A stretch of DNA of 64,000 nt, from positions 224,001 through 288,000 of the forward strand of contig CAWANJ010000002.1 of assembly GCA_963783385.1 (NCBI GenBank), in the 5' to 3' direction. The stretch is from an uncultured Gemmatimonadales bacterium. GTDB taxonomy: Bacteria; Gemmatimonadota; Gemmatimonadetes; Palauibacterales; Palauibacteraceae. Every line of letters begins with the position of its first letter. The first letter of the stretch is position 1. Shown here piece after piece: positions 50,462 to 59,928 of this stretch. Both the position numbers and the translations under genes were made by a program. The notes below the pieces were generated by a model, which was not told where the DNA came from, did no database searches, and saw only the letters and a list, made by a program, of their open reading frames with translations.

Positions 50462-51479
50462 ATGTCCATGGCTCCCTTCCTTTCCGGCACGACCCTGCGG
50501 GACCGCCCCGTGCTCGTCACGGGAGCGCACCGGCTTCATCGGCGGCCGGCTGTGCGAGCGGCTGGCGACCGGGGAGGGCGCGCGGGTGATGGGCGTGGGC
50601 CGGAGCGTCGACAGGGCCCGGGAGCTCGAGGACGACGGCGTCGAGCTCGTGGCCGCCGATCTCCTGGACACGGATCGTTTCCCGGGGCTGCTGGATGGCC
50701 GGGACATCGTGTTCCACGCGGCCGCTTCCTTCTCGCAGGACGTCGAACAGGCCGGCGCCCTCAACGTGACGGCCACCGGCGAGCTGGTCAGGGCGGCGGG
50801 CGCCGCCGGGGTCCGTCGCTTCGTCCTGGTGAGCTCGGTGTCGGTCTACGGGCAGCCCGACCGGCGGATCGTGGACGAGTCGGCTCCGCTCGCCCTCGAA
50901 GCGGAGGCCGCCTACCCGCGCACCAAGGCTCGTTCCGAGGTGGCCGTCCACACGGCGGCCCGCGAGGCCGGCCTCCAGTTCTCGATCGTGCGGCCGGCCT
51001 GCGTGTTCGGGCCCCGGTCGGCAATCTGGACCGTGTCAATGTGGGCCTGCATCCGGGAGGGGATCCCGGTCCTGGTGGGGGATGGCTCGGGGCCTTTCGG
51101 TGGCATCTACGTGGATGACCTGGTGGACCTGCTGCTCCTGGCGGCGGTGGAGGACGCGGCGGTCGGCGAGGCGTTCAACGCCTGCGACGCCCCGGTGCCG
51201 TGGACCGAGTTCGCGCGCGCCTACGGCGACGCGGCCGGGATCGAGCCGCGGTCGATTCCCCCGGGAGAGGCCGCGGCCCTCCTCCGGGCCGGACCGGCTT
51301 CGGATGGCCCGCCCGACCCGGGGTATCCGACCATCCTGTATGTCGGGCTCGCCTCGCTCGAGGAGATCGTGTTTCCCGCCGATCGCGCCCGCCGGGCCCT
51401 GGGCTGGAGGCCGCGGGTGGGGATCTGGGGAGGGTTGGAGCGTACCGTGGCCTGGTTGCGGCGCGAGGGCCTGGCCTGA
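50462..51479 (+). pseudogene. NAD-dependent epimerase/dehydratase (extended SDR) split by a one-base frameshift near 50528
   Basis: VLVTGA is in one frame and TGFIGG..HAAA..VSSVSVYG..YPRTK in the next. The sequence reads gga gcg C acc ggc. Confidence 0.75.
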
Positions 51480-52237
51480 CCCGAAGGCGGCGACTCCACG
51501 GCCCCGGCGAGGCCGCCGGCGCGCCGCCCACGCGCGAGCCCGGAAACGGAGCCCTCGTCTACGGATGCGCGTTCGCGGCGGTCACGGCGACCTACCTCGT
51601 CTACCCGAGGCTCGACCTCCTCGTATCGGGGTTGTTCTACTCGGCTTCGCGGGGCTTCTACCTGGGGGCCGAGCCCTGGGCCCACTTCCTGGCCGTGTAC
51701 CTGATTCCGGGTCTGTCCTGGGTCCTGGGGGTCGGGCTGGTGGCGGCGCTCGCCTGGGTCTGGGGTCGCCGGGGCACCTCCGGGCGGCGGCGACGGGTCG
51801 TGAGCTACCTGGCCGCCGCGTACGCTCTCGGGCCGGGGCTCCTCACCAACGTGCTGCTCAAGGACCACTGGGGCCGGGCGCGTCCGCTGCACGTGACGGC
51901 TTTCGGCGGGGACCGACTGTTCACGACGCCGCTCCTTCCCGCTCATCAATGTTCGACCAATTGCTCGTTCGTTTCCGGTCACGTCTCCGTGCCCTTCTTT
52001 CTCATGGCCTTCGTCTACCTGGTCCCGGATCGGCGCCGGCGCCGCCGGGCGACCTGGGGCGTCGTGCTGTTCGGTCTGCTGGTCGGGTTCGAGCGCATCG
52101 TCCAGGGGAAGCACTTCCTCTCGGACGTGCTCTACTCGGCCCTGTTCAACGCCGGCATCGCCTGGATCCTGTACCTGCTCATCGTGCGGCGGCGCGGGGT
52201 CGGCCCGGCGGTTCCCCCCGGGAAGGCGTCACCGTAG
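51476..52237 (+). CDS. PAP2-family phosphatase (lipid A phosphatase LpxE/LpxF-like); start unclear
   Basis: KDHWGRARP, CSFVSGH and RIVQGKHFLSDV motifs with several TM segments. Confidence 0.8.
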   Translation: MTRRRRLHGPGEAAGAPPTREPGNGALVYGCAFAAVTATYLVYPRLDLLVSGLFYSASRGFYLGAEPWAHFLAVYLIPGLSWVLGVGLVAALAWVWGRRGTSGRRRRVVSYLAAAYALGPGLLTNVLLKDHWGRARPLHVTAFGGDRLFTTPLLPAHQCSTNCSFVSGHVSVPFFLMAFVYLVPDRRRRRRATWGVVLFGLLVGFERIVQGKHFLSDVLYSALFNAGIAWILYLLIVRRRGVGPAVPPGKASP

Positions 52238-52346
52238 CTTGGCCGCGGTCCCGCGGCCGATCCGCTCCACGGGGAGGGAAGCGCGGCGGCTCGCGCGGGG
52301 CCCGCGGGTGGAGGATGGACGGATCTCCCCGAGGAAGAGGCCACTC

Positions 52347-54140
52347 ATGATGCGCGCGTGCTCGATCGGGTCCGGACGGAGTCCCATCCTCGCCGTGCTG
52401 GCGGGGATCCTGTTCGCGGCGCTGACGTCGGCCGCACCCCGGAGCCTGCGGGCCCAGCAGGGCGGAGCCGAAGCGGACACGACGCCGACGTGGCCCGAGA
52501 TCACCCCGGCCGACCTGGAGGCGGCCCTCAAGATCATGGGGCTCTCCTACACGGGGTCCGAGCTCGACACGCTGCTGGCCCGGCGCGGGCGCTTCGGGAA
52601 TGACTTCTCCGGTCGGGGAGACCGGCGGAACGCCTACGCGGCCCTCCGCTCGGTGCCGCTCTCGAACGCGGACCGGCCGGCGCTCTTCTTCCGCCCGCTG
52701 CCTCCGGCCGAGCCGATCGCCGATCGGGCCCCCGAACTCGCCCCCGTTCCGACGGGGGTGAAGCGCCCGGCGAAGCTGGAGGACGTGGCCTTCTGGCCCA
52801 TTCCGAAGCTGGCCGCCCTGCTGCGCTCCGGTCAGGTGACCTCGGTCGAGCTCACGCGCATGTACCTGGCCCGCCTTCGGCGCTACGACCCGGAGCTGCA
52901 TGCCGTCGTGACGCTCACCGACAGCCTCGCTCTCGCCCAGGCGCGCCGGGCCGACAGCGACTTCGCGGCCGGGAAGGTGAAGAGCCTGGTCCAGGGCATC
53001 CCGTTCGGAGTCAAGGACCTGTACGCCGTGCCCGGCTACCCGACCACCTGGGGCGCGAGGCCCTACGAGCACCAGGTGATCGACGAGACGGCGACACCGG
53101 TGCGGAAGCTGGAGGACGCGGGCGCCGTGCTGGTCGCCAAGCTCACCTCCGGGGCCCTGGCCATGGGCGACGTGTGGTTCGGCGGCATGACGCGGAATCC
53201 GTGGAACACCGAGGAAGGCTCCAGCGGCTCCTCGGCCGGGCCGGCCGCGGCGGTCTCCGCCGGGCTGGTGCCCTTCGCCCTGGGCACCGAGACGCTGGGC
53301 TCCATCGTGTCCCCCTCGACGCGCACCGGGATCACGGGCCTGCGGCCCAGCTTCGGCCGGGTGAGCAAGCACGGCGTCATGGCACTGTCCTGGACGATGG
53401 ACAAGGCCGGGCCGCTGTGCCGCGACGCCTCCGACTGCGCCATCGTATTCAACGTGATCCGTGGGACCGACCCGGCCGACCCCTCCGCCGTGGGCGGCCC
53501 CTTCCCCTACCGGGACGGGACGAAGCTCTCCGACCTGAGGATCGGCTACCTGAAATCCGCCTTCGACGGGGAACGGCAGGGTGGGGAGCTCGATCGCGCC
53601 GTGCTGGACGTGCTTCGGGCCCGGGGCGCCAGACTGGTCCCGCTGGAGCTTCCCGACCTCCCGGTCAACGCGATGCGTATCATTCTGGACGCCGAGGCCG
53701 CCGCGGCCTTCGACACCCTGACCCGCTCGAACCGGGACTCGCTCCTCGTGCGGCAGACCTCGAACGCGTGGCCGAACATCTTCCGGTCGGCGCGCTTCAT
53801 TCCGGCCGTCGAGTACATCGAAGCCAACCGCGTGCGCCGGATTCTCCAGGAGAGGATGCGCGACCTCCTGAAGGGCGTGGACGTGTACGTGTCGCCCGCC
53901 TTCGCGGGAGGGAACCTGCTGGTCACCAACCTCACCGGGCATCCCTGCGTGGCGGTGCCGGACGGATTCCGGAAGAACGGCGATCCGGCCAGCATCACGT
54001 TTTGCGGCCGCATGTACGGAGAGGCGGCCGCGCTCGAGGCGGCCGCCGCCTACCAGGCCGCCACGCCCTGGGAGGAGGCGCACCCGGAGGCGTTCGGAGG
54101 TCACGGACGGCCGCAGGCGACGTCCGGAGGCGGTCGCTGA
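52347..54140 (+). CDS. secreted amidase-signature enzyme
   Basis: Signal peptide, GIPFGVKD, GSSGSSAG and GTETLGSIVSP. Confidence 0.9.
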   Translation: MMRACSIGSGRSPILAVLAGILFAALTSAAPRSLRAQQGGAEADTTPTWPEITPADLEAALKIMGLSYTGSELDTLLARRGRFGNDFSGRGDRRNAYAALRSVPLSNADRPALFFRPLPPAEPIADRAPELAPVPTGVKRPAKLEDVAFWPIPKLAALLRSGQVTSVELTRMYLARLRRYDPELHAVVTLTDSLALAQARRADSDFAAGKVKSLVQGIPFGVKDLYAVPGYPTTWGARPYEHQVIDETATPVRKLEDAGAVLVAKLTSGALAMGDVWFGGMTRNPWNTEEGSSGSSAGPAAAVSAGLVPFALGTETLGSIVSPSTRTGITGLRPSFGRVSKHGVMALSWTMDKAGPLCRDASDCAIVFNVIRGTDPADPSAVGGPFPYRDGTKLSDLRIGYLKSAFDGERQGGELDRAVLDVLRARGARLVPLELPDLPVNAMRIILDAEAAAAFDTLTRSNRDSLLVRQTSNAWPNIFRSARFIPAVEYIEANRVRRILQERMRDLLKGVDVYVSPAFAGGNLLVTNLTGHPCVAVPDGFRKNGDPASITFCGRMYGEAAALEAAAAYQAATPWEEAHPEAFGGHGRPQATSGGGR

Positions 54141-54157
54141 GGGCTCGGAGGAGGCCC

Positions 54158-54418
54158 ATGACGTCCCGATCAATGGACACGGTGCTGACGACCGCTCGCG
54201 TCGTGGCGTGCGCCATGGCGCTGGGCGTCGTGCTCCTGTGGGTCGTGGCCTGGTTCATCGTGAGCGGGGCGGGAAGCGGCATGGCGCGGACCGCCTTCCT
54301 GGGGCCCCGGGCCGCCCTGGAAGTGCGGGGCGTCGCGGCCCTCGGCGGTCTCGTGGGCGCGCTGGCGCTGCGTGGTCGCGCCGTGCGGGCCGGTCGGGAG
54401 TGGTTCGAGGGACGCTGA
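54158..54418 (+). CDS. small membrane protein
   Basis: GGAGGAGG RBS and two hydrophobic segments. Confidence 0.55.
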   Translation: MTSRSMDTVLTTARVVACAMALGVVLLWVVAWFIVSGAGSGMARTAFLGPRAALEVRGVAALGGLVGALALRGRAVRAGREWFEGR

Positions 54419-54751
54419 TCACGCGGAGCTCTTCCACCGCGTCACGGCGTCGGGCGTCGCTCCCCGAGCACGCACTCCGCGGCCTTCCCCGATCCCCCCG
54501 ACCGTCCGGCGACCCTCTGCGGACGCCTCCGGCGCTCTCCGGTCTCCTCCGCCCCGCTCCGGTCGGCTCCCGCCCTGTCCCGCGGCGAGCTGCCGGACCG
54601 CCCCGCCGCGACCCGGAGCCGACGACCCTCTGTGAAACCTTTACGTCTACAGGTGTACTAGTATCGGATTTGGCAAGCCGGAACGCGGACAAACCCTTGT
54701 GATGACAGGCGTTCCGTTCGGGCGTGGCCCTTGCTGGAGCACCGCCGTGTG

Positions 54752-55606
54752 ATGAAGAAGCTGGGTCGGCACCTGCTGGTGCTCGTGTGGATCGCGGTCG
54801 CGGCCGTCCCCCTCGTCTGGGGACTGCCCTACTACCGTCTTTCTCCCATGCAGCGCGCCTACTCCCCCCTCGACCACCTGTTCTCCTCGACCGGCCTCGT
54901 GGGCCACGGCCTGGGCGTCATCGGAACCCTGATGCTGGTCGTGGGCGTGGGGACCTACTCGGTCCGAAAGCGCGTGAAGCGGTTCAACCGGGCTGGCAAC
55001 CTGAGCGGGTGGTTGGACTTCCACATCTTCCTGTGCACCCTGGGACCCTTCCTGGTGGTCCTGCACACCGGCTTCAAGGTCAACGGCATCGTGGCCATCG
55101 CCTTCTGGAGCATGGTGATCGTGGTGGCCAGCGGCGTGTTCGGCCGCTACGTGTACGTGCGCATCCCCAAGACGCTGAACGGGCAGTTCCTGTCGCTGCA
55201 GGCCCTCGAGGAGCGCCAGCGCGAGCTGCTGGAGGAGATCCGGGGGGATGTGGGAGAGGAGGTCGCCGCCCTCATCGCGCCCGAGCCGCTGGCCATGCCG
55301 GAGCGGACGGGCTTCCTGAGGGCCGCGATCGAGGCGGTGCGCTTCGACCTCCGCTCGCGGGGCCAGCGGCGGAGGATGCGGCGCTCGCTGGAGGGTCGAG
55401 ACCTGCCCGAGTCGGTCCGCAGCCACGCCCTCGCGCTGGCACAGGAGAGGGCGCGGCTCCGGCAGCAGATCCTCCTCCTCACCCCCTTTCAACGCGCATT
55501 CCGCTACTGGCACGCCTTCCACCTGCCGCTCGCCTACGTGATGCTGGTCGTGGTGGCCGTGCACGTCGCGGTGGCCTTCCTGTTCGGCTACAAGTGGATC
55601 TTCTGA
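54752..55606 (+). CDS. ferric-reductase-like transmembrane (putative di-heme b) protein
   Basis: About five TM helices, two of which carry H-x13-H pairs (FHIFLCTLGPFLVVLH and FHLPLAYVMLVVVAVH). Confidence 0.75.
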   Translation: MKKLGRHLLVLVWIAVAAVPLVWGLPYYRLSPMQRAYSPLDHLFSSTGLVGHGLGVIGTLMLVVGVGTYSVRKRVKRFNRAGNLSGWLDFHIFLCTLGPFLVVLHTGFKVNGIVAIAFWSMVIVVASGVFGRYVYVRIPKTLNGQFLSLQALEERQRELLEEIRGDVGEEVAALIAPEPLAMPERTGFLRAAIEAVRFDLRSRGQRRRMRRSLEGRDLPESVRSHALALAQERARLRQQILLLTPFQRAFRYWHAFHLPLAYVMLVVVAVHVAVAFLFGYKWIF

Positions 55607-55620
55607 GCGGCCGGGCCGGG

Positions 55621-57114
55621 GTGCGCCGGGCGCTGGCGGGAGTGCCGCTGGCGCTCCTCCTCCTGCTCGGCGGGACACACGGGGCGGCGGCCCAGCTCAT
55701 CTCCCCGGGCAAGCTGGCGGCCGCCCACTCGGACCTCGAGGGGATCCGGCGCTGCACGTCGTGCCACGAGCTCGGCAAGCGCGGGGTCTCGGATGCGAAG
55801 TGCCTCGCCTGCCACACGCCGCTCGAGGCACGCATCGAAGCGAAGAAGGGCTACCACGCCACCCTGGTCGGGCAGCCGTGCGCCTCCTGCCACAAGGACC
55901 ACCTGGGGCCGGACGCGGCGCTGGTCCGCTTCGACACGACGGCCTTCGATCACTCCAGGACCGGCTACCGGCTGGATGGAAAGCACGCAGGGGCCGCCTG
56001 CCACTCGTGCCACAAGCCCGCCTTCATCACGGCCTCCGACGTGCGCGCCTTCAAGGGCCGCCACGGCACCCTGGCCAGCACCTACCTGGGCCTGGGGACC
56101 GCGTGCGTGGACTGTCACACCAGCGATGATCCGCACCACGGACAGTTCCAGGGCCGGGCCTGTTCGAGTTGCCACACGACCGAGACGTGGAAGAAGGCGC
56201 CCGGCTTCGACCACGACCGGGCGCGCTACCGGCTGACCGGTGCGCACCGCACGGTGGACTGCGAGAAGTGCCACCGCACGGAGAGGAACTCGTCCGGACA
56301 CTGGGTGCGCTACACCAGCCTCTCCTTCGGGAAGTGCACGTCGTGCCACGAGGATCCCCACGGCGGCGGCATGGGGCCCGAGTGCACGTCGTGCCACACG
56401 ACGTCCGGCTGGAAGAAGCTCGACCGGAGCACGTTCGAACGGCGCTTCGACCATGCGAAGACCGACTTCAAGCTGGTGGGCCGGCACGCCTCCATCTCGT
56501 GCGCCAGCTGCCACGTGACCGGTACGGCGCCGGACAGCTCGATTCGCATGGCCTTCAAGCCCGGCACGTCGAGCCGGCCGTATCCGCCGCCCGTGGCGAA
56601 CAACTGCAGGTCCTGTCACCTGGACTACCACCACGGGGTGTTCGACACGCTCGCCGACAGCGGGGCGTGCGGGTCCTGCCACACGCAGGACGACTGGAAG
56701 CCTTCCACCTTCGACCTCTTCCGGCACGACCGGGAGACGACCTACAAGCTGGAGGGGGCGCACAGGGCCGTCCCGTGCGAGGGGTGCCACGACAACCCGA
56801 AGCTCGGGCAGACGTACCTCACTTTCCGCTTCGACCACGTGACCTGCCGGACCTGTCACGAGCGCACCGACGACCCGCATCACGGACAGTTCGGGGACGC
56901 GGCGTGCGAGAGCTGCCACACGGACGCGTCGTTTCAGGACGCACCCCGCTTCGACCACGGCCGCACGCGCTTCCCGCTCACGGGTGCCCACGCCGACGTC
57001 CCGTGCGCCTCGTGTCACAAGAAGGAACGCTTCCCGGACGGGTCGATGGTCGTCCGCTACCGGCCGCTCGGCATCGAATGCCGGGACTGCCACGCCAACC
57101 GTGGAGCCGCATGA
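55621..57114 (+). CDS. multiheme cytochrome c, 17 CxxCH
   Basis: Signal peptide (..GAAA/QLISPG), 17 CxxCH counted by hand, and repeating FDH/G.H/DPH distal His motifs. Confidence 0.92.
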   Translation: MRRALAGVPLALLLLLGGTHGAAAQLISPGKLAAAHSDLEGIRRCTSCHELGKRGVSDAKCLACHTPLEARIEAKKGYHATLVGQPCASCHKDHLGPDAALVRFDTTAFDHSRTGYRLDGKHAGAACHSCHKPAFITASDVRAFKGRHGTLASTYLGLGTACVDCHTSDDPHHGQFQGRACSSCHTTETWKKAPGFDHDRARYRLTGAHRTVDCEKCHRTERNSSGHWVRYTSLSFGKCTSCHEDPHGGGMGPECTSCHTTSGWKKLDRSTFERRFDHAKTDFKLVGRHASISCASCHVTGTAPDSSIRMAFKPGTSSRPYPPPVANNCRSCHLDYHHGVFDTLADSGACGSCHTQDDWKPSTFDLFRHDRETTYKLEGAHRAVPCEGCHDNPKLGQTYLTFRFDHVTCRTCHERTDDPHHGQFGDAACESCHTDASFQDAPRFDHGRTRFPLTGAHADVPCASCHKKERFPDGSMVVRYRPLGIECRDCHANRGAA

Positions 57115-58181
57115 TGCGCCACCGTTCGATCGCGCTGGCCGGTGTCCTGGCCCTCGCTCTCGGGGCGGGGCCCCTCGGGGCGCAGCAGAGCCTTCCCAAC
57201 CCGCACGGGCCACTTCCCAGCGGCCTCGATTGCTCGGACTGCCACACGGCCGCCAGCTGGAAGCCCGCGCACATTCCGGCCGACTTCGACCACGGCACGT
57301 TGTCGGGCTTCGCGCTCGACGGCCGGCATGCGAGCGTCTCGTGCACGGGCTGCCACCTGGATCTGAAGTTCGACGCTCCGAGGATCGCGCAGAACGACTG
57401 CGCCTCCTGCCACGCCGACTTCCACCACGGCCAGTTCGCGCAGGGATGCGGGGAATGCCACAACACGACGTCGTTCGCGGACGTCCCGGCGATCCGGATC
57501 CACGCGCAGTCGGGCTTCCCGCTCACCGGGGCGCACCTGCAGATCAGCTGCCAGAGCTGCCACTACGACGCCCGCGGCGGGAACTACCAGAACCTGGACC
57601 GGCAGTGCATCGCCTGCCATCGGAAGGAGTTTGAGACCGTCAAGTCGATCGACCACGTCGCGCAGGGCTTCCCCACGACCTGTCTGCAGTGCCACGACAC
57701 CCGCGCGTGGGCCGACGCTCCCGCGTTCGACCACTCCATGACGGGCTTCCCGCTGGTCGGCGCGCACGTCAGGCTGAGGTGTGCGAGCTGCCACATCCAG
57801 CCCGGCAACGCGCTCAAGTTCAACGCGAGTGGCCCCAACGACTGCATCGCCTGTCACCAGGCCGACTTCGAGAGGGCCCACGACAACAACGGCTTCCCGA
57901 CGACCTGCTTGGACTGCCACACGGTCGACTCCTTCCACGGGGCCGACTTCGACCACGACGGGAAGTTCTTCCCGATCTTCTCGGGAGCCCACAAGGGACG
58001 GTGGAACGCCTGTACGGACTGTCACCAGGCCGCGCCCAGTGACTACAGTTCCTTCACCTGCACGTCGGGAGGATGTCATGCGCAGGGCGAGACCGACGCC
58101 AGGCACCAGGAGGTGCGGAACTACGTGTACGACAGCCAGGCCTGTTACGCCTGCCACGCGTCGGGGCGCGGCGGTGATTGA
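57111..58181 (+). CDS. multiheme cytochrome c, 13 heme motifs (12 CxxCH + 1 CxxxxCH)
   Basis: ATGA overlap with the upstream gene and a signal peptide ..PLGA/QQ. Confidence 0.92.
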   Translation: MMRHRSIALAGVLALALGAGPLGAQQSLPNPHGPLPSGLDCSDCHTAASWKPAHIPADFDHGTLSGFALDGRHASVSCTGCHLDLKFDAPRIAQNDCASCHADFHHGQFAQGCGECHNTTSFADVPAIRIHAQSGFPLTGAHLQISCQSCHYDARGGNYQNLDRQCIACHRKEFETVKSIDHVAQGFPTTCLQCHDTRAWADAPAFDHSMTGFPLVGAHVRLRCASCHIQPGNALKFNASGPNDCIACHQADFERAHDNNGFPTTCLDCHTVDSFHGADFDHDGKFFPIFSGAHKGRWNACTDCHQAAPSDYSSFTCTSGGCHAQGETDARHQEVRNYVYDSQACYACHASGRGGD

Positions 58182-59928
58182 GCGACGTGGGACGCGGGCG
58201 GGCGGGACCGAGGTGACCCACGCCGGACGACGCCGGGCCCGGATGGCGATCGGAGCGGCGGTGGCCCTGGCCTCGACGGCAATGGTCGGGCCGGCCCCGG
58301 CCGCCGCTGCGCCGATTCGATCCGATACGGTTCCGCCGGCCGCGGCCGATACCGCGGCCCGCCGCGGAGTCGTGGCGGCGCTCGTGGACCAGATCGCCGG
58401 GACCACCCTCTACCTGCGTGCGGGCAAGGACGCCGGGCTCGCGGCCGGCGACACGATCGCGGTGTCGCGCGACAGCGCCGGCGCCATCGTCGGTCGGTTC
58501 ACCGTCATCGCGGCGACGGCCGAACGCTCGGTGGTGACCTTCGAGGGCGCTACCTTCCCGGTCACGCGGGGCCAGACCCTCTACCTGCGTCTCGGGGCCG
58601 CCGCGCCCGTCGTGGCCGGGGCCGGGGAGACGGAGCGTGCCGGTGGGGGCGGAGCCGTCGGCGGGGCGGCGGCCGCCGGTCGGGCGGCCGGTGCGATGGC
58701 TCGGGGAAGCGGGGAGCCGACGAGCGGGCCGTCCGGACCGACCGCCACCGGTCGTGTGTCCCTCGACCTCGACCTGCGCCGCTCGGTGACCAAGTTCGGC
58801 GGCGGCGACCCGGTGAGCACGACCCGCACGTTCGCCACCCCCTCGCTGTGGCTCCAGACCGCCGTCCGGGACCTCCCGGGCGGGCTCAGCCTGGACGCCA
58901 GCGCCCGCGTGTCGCAGCGCATCAGCAGCCCCTCCATCGTGGATCCCCGCACGGCGCCCGAGATCTACGAGGCCTCGCTCGACAAGCGGTTCGGCGATGT
59001 CCCCCTCGACCTCCGTCTCGGGCGCTTCTACAGCCCGTACGATCCCTTCGGCGGCTACTGGGACGGCCTGTCGCTTCACTACGGGAGCACCTTCGGGGGC
59101 GGGGTCATGGCCGGGTTCGAGCCCAAGCGCAGCAACCAGGCGCCCCAGGGAGAGCTACCCAAGGCCAGCGCCTTCCTGGACTATCGATCGGCGCCGGGCG
59201 CCGGCGTGGGTTACAACGGCACGCTCTCCTTCACGGCCATGCGTCCCACGGCGAGCAGCGGCCTGGCCGACCACACCTTCGCGAGCATGTCCCAGCGGCT
59301 CCGGGTGGGCCGCTGGTACCTGACCCAGGACGCCCAGGTGGACCGGGGCGCGGCTGGCACGGGCTGGACCCTGACGCGGGCGCGGCTGTGGGCCTCGGGT
59401 CCGGTGACGAAGGAGCTGTCCCTGCGCGGCGGCGTGTCCCGGTACAGGCCCTACCTGTACTGGATGTCGGACAGCGTGCTCATCTCCTACCGCCGGGACG
59501 AGGCCAGGGGAGGCTTTACGCTGCGGCTGCCGGGCGCGTGGATCGGGGCCGACGCCGGGATCGACCACGACGAGGGGGTCGGGACCGGCCACACCTTCTC
59601 CGGCTACTTCGGTCTGAGCCGGATCACGCCGCTCGACCTGGGCTTCGATGCGTCGGCGAGCTGGTTCACGAACGGGACGACGCGCGTGCTGACCGCCTCG
59701 GCACACTTCACGAAGGCTCTCGGACGCGTGAGCGCCCGGCTGGGCTACGACCTGTACCGCTCGGAGGCTCCCCAGGGCTTCTGGATCATGAGCCACGCGG
59801 CGGACCTGGGCCTCGACGTCCCCCTGTCGGGCGGCTTCCACTACTCGATCCTGGGACAGTTCCGGATCGGCGGCGGCCTGGGCGAGACGCGCCTGTATAC
59901 GAGCCTTTCCAAGTTCTTCGGCCCATGA
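58174..59928 (+). CDS. putative outer-membrane beta-barrel (porin) with N-terminal periplasmic domain; start uncertain
   Basis: Signal peptide, YLRAGKDAGLAAGD domain, a Gly/Ala linker, then about 390 aa of alternating aromatic/Gly/Ser beta-strands ending RLYTSLSKFFGP. Confidence 0.7.
   Translation: MIERRGTRAGGTEVTHAGRRRARMAIGAAVALASTAMVGPAPAAAAPIRSDTVPPAAADTAARRGVVAALVDQIAGTTLYLRAGKDAGLAAGDTIAVSRDSAGAIVGRFTVIAATAERSVVTFEGATFPVTRGQTLYLRLGAAAPVVAGAGETERAGGGGAVGGAAAAGRAAGAMARGSGEPTSGPSGPTATGRVSLDLDLRRSVTKFGGGDPVSTTRTFATPSLWLQTAVRDLPGGLSLDASARVSQRISSPSIVDPRTAPEIYEASLDKRFGDVPLDLRLGRFYSPYDPFGGYWDGLSLHYGSTFGGGVMAGFEPKRSNQAPQGELPKASAFLDYRSAPGAGVGYNGTLSFTAMRPTASSGLADHTFASMSQRLRVGRWYLTQDAQVDRGAAGTGWTLTRARLWASGPVTKELSLRGGVSRYRPYLYWMSDSVLISYRRDEARGGFTLRLPGAWIGADAGIDHDEGVGTGHTFSGYFGLSRITPLDLGFDASASWFTNGTTRVLTASAHFTKALGRVSARLGYDLYRSEAPQGFWIMSHAADLGLDVPLSGGFHYSILGQFRIGGGLGETRLYTSLSKFFGP

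Noticed and set aside
54631-54648. Definite Rex or CRP operator
   Set aside because: Only one half-site matches, so it was kept as a weak finding and not as a feature.
54724-57114. Apparent 796-aa cytochrome ORF suggesting a fusion with the membrane protein
   Set aside because: The first ~300 codons are the off-frame reading of 54752-55606. The real protein starts at the signal peptide near 55621.
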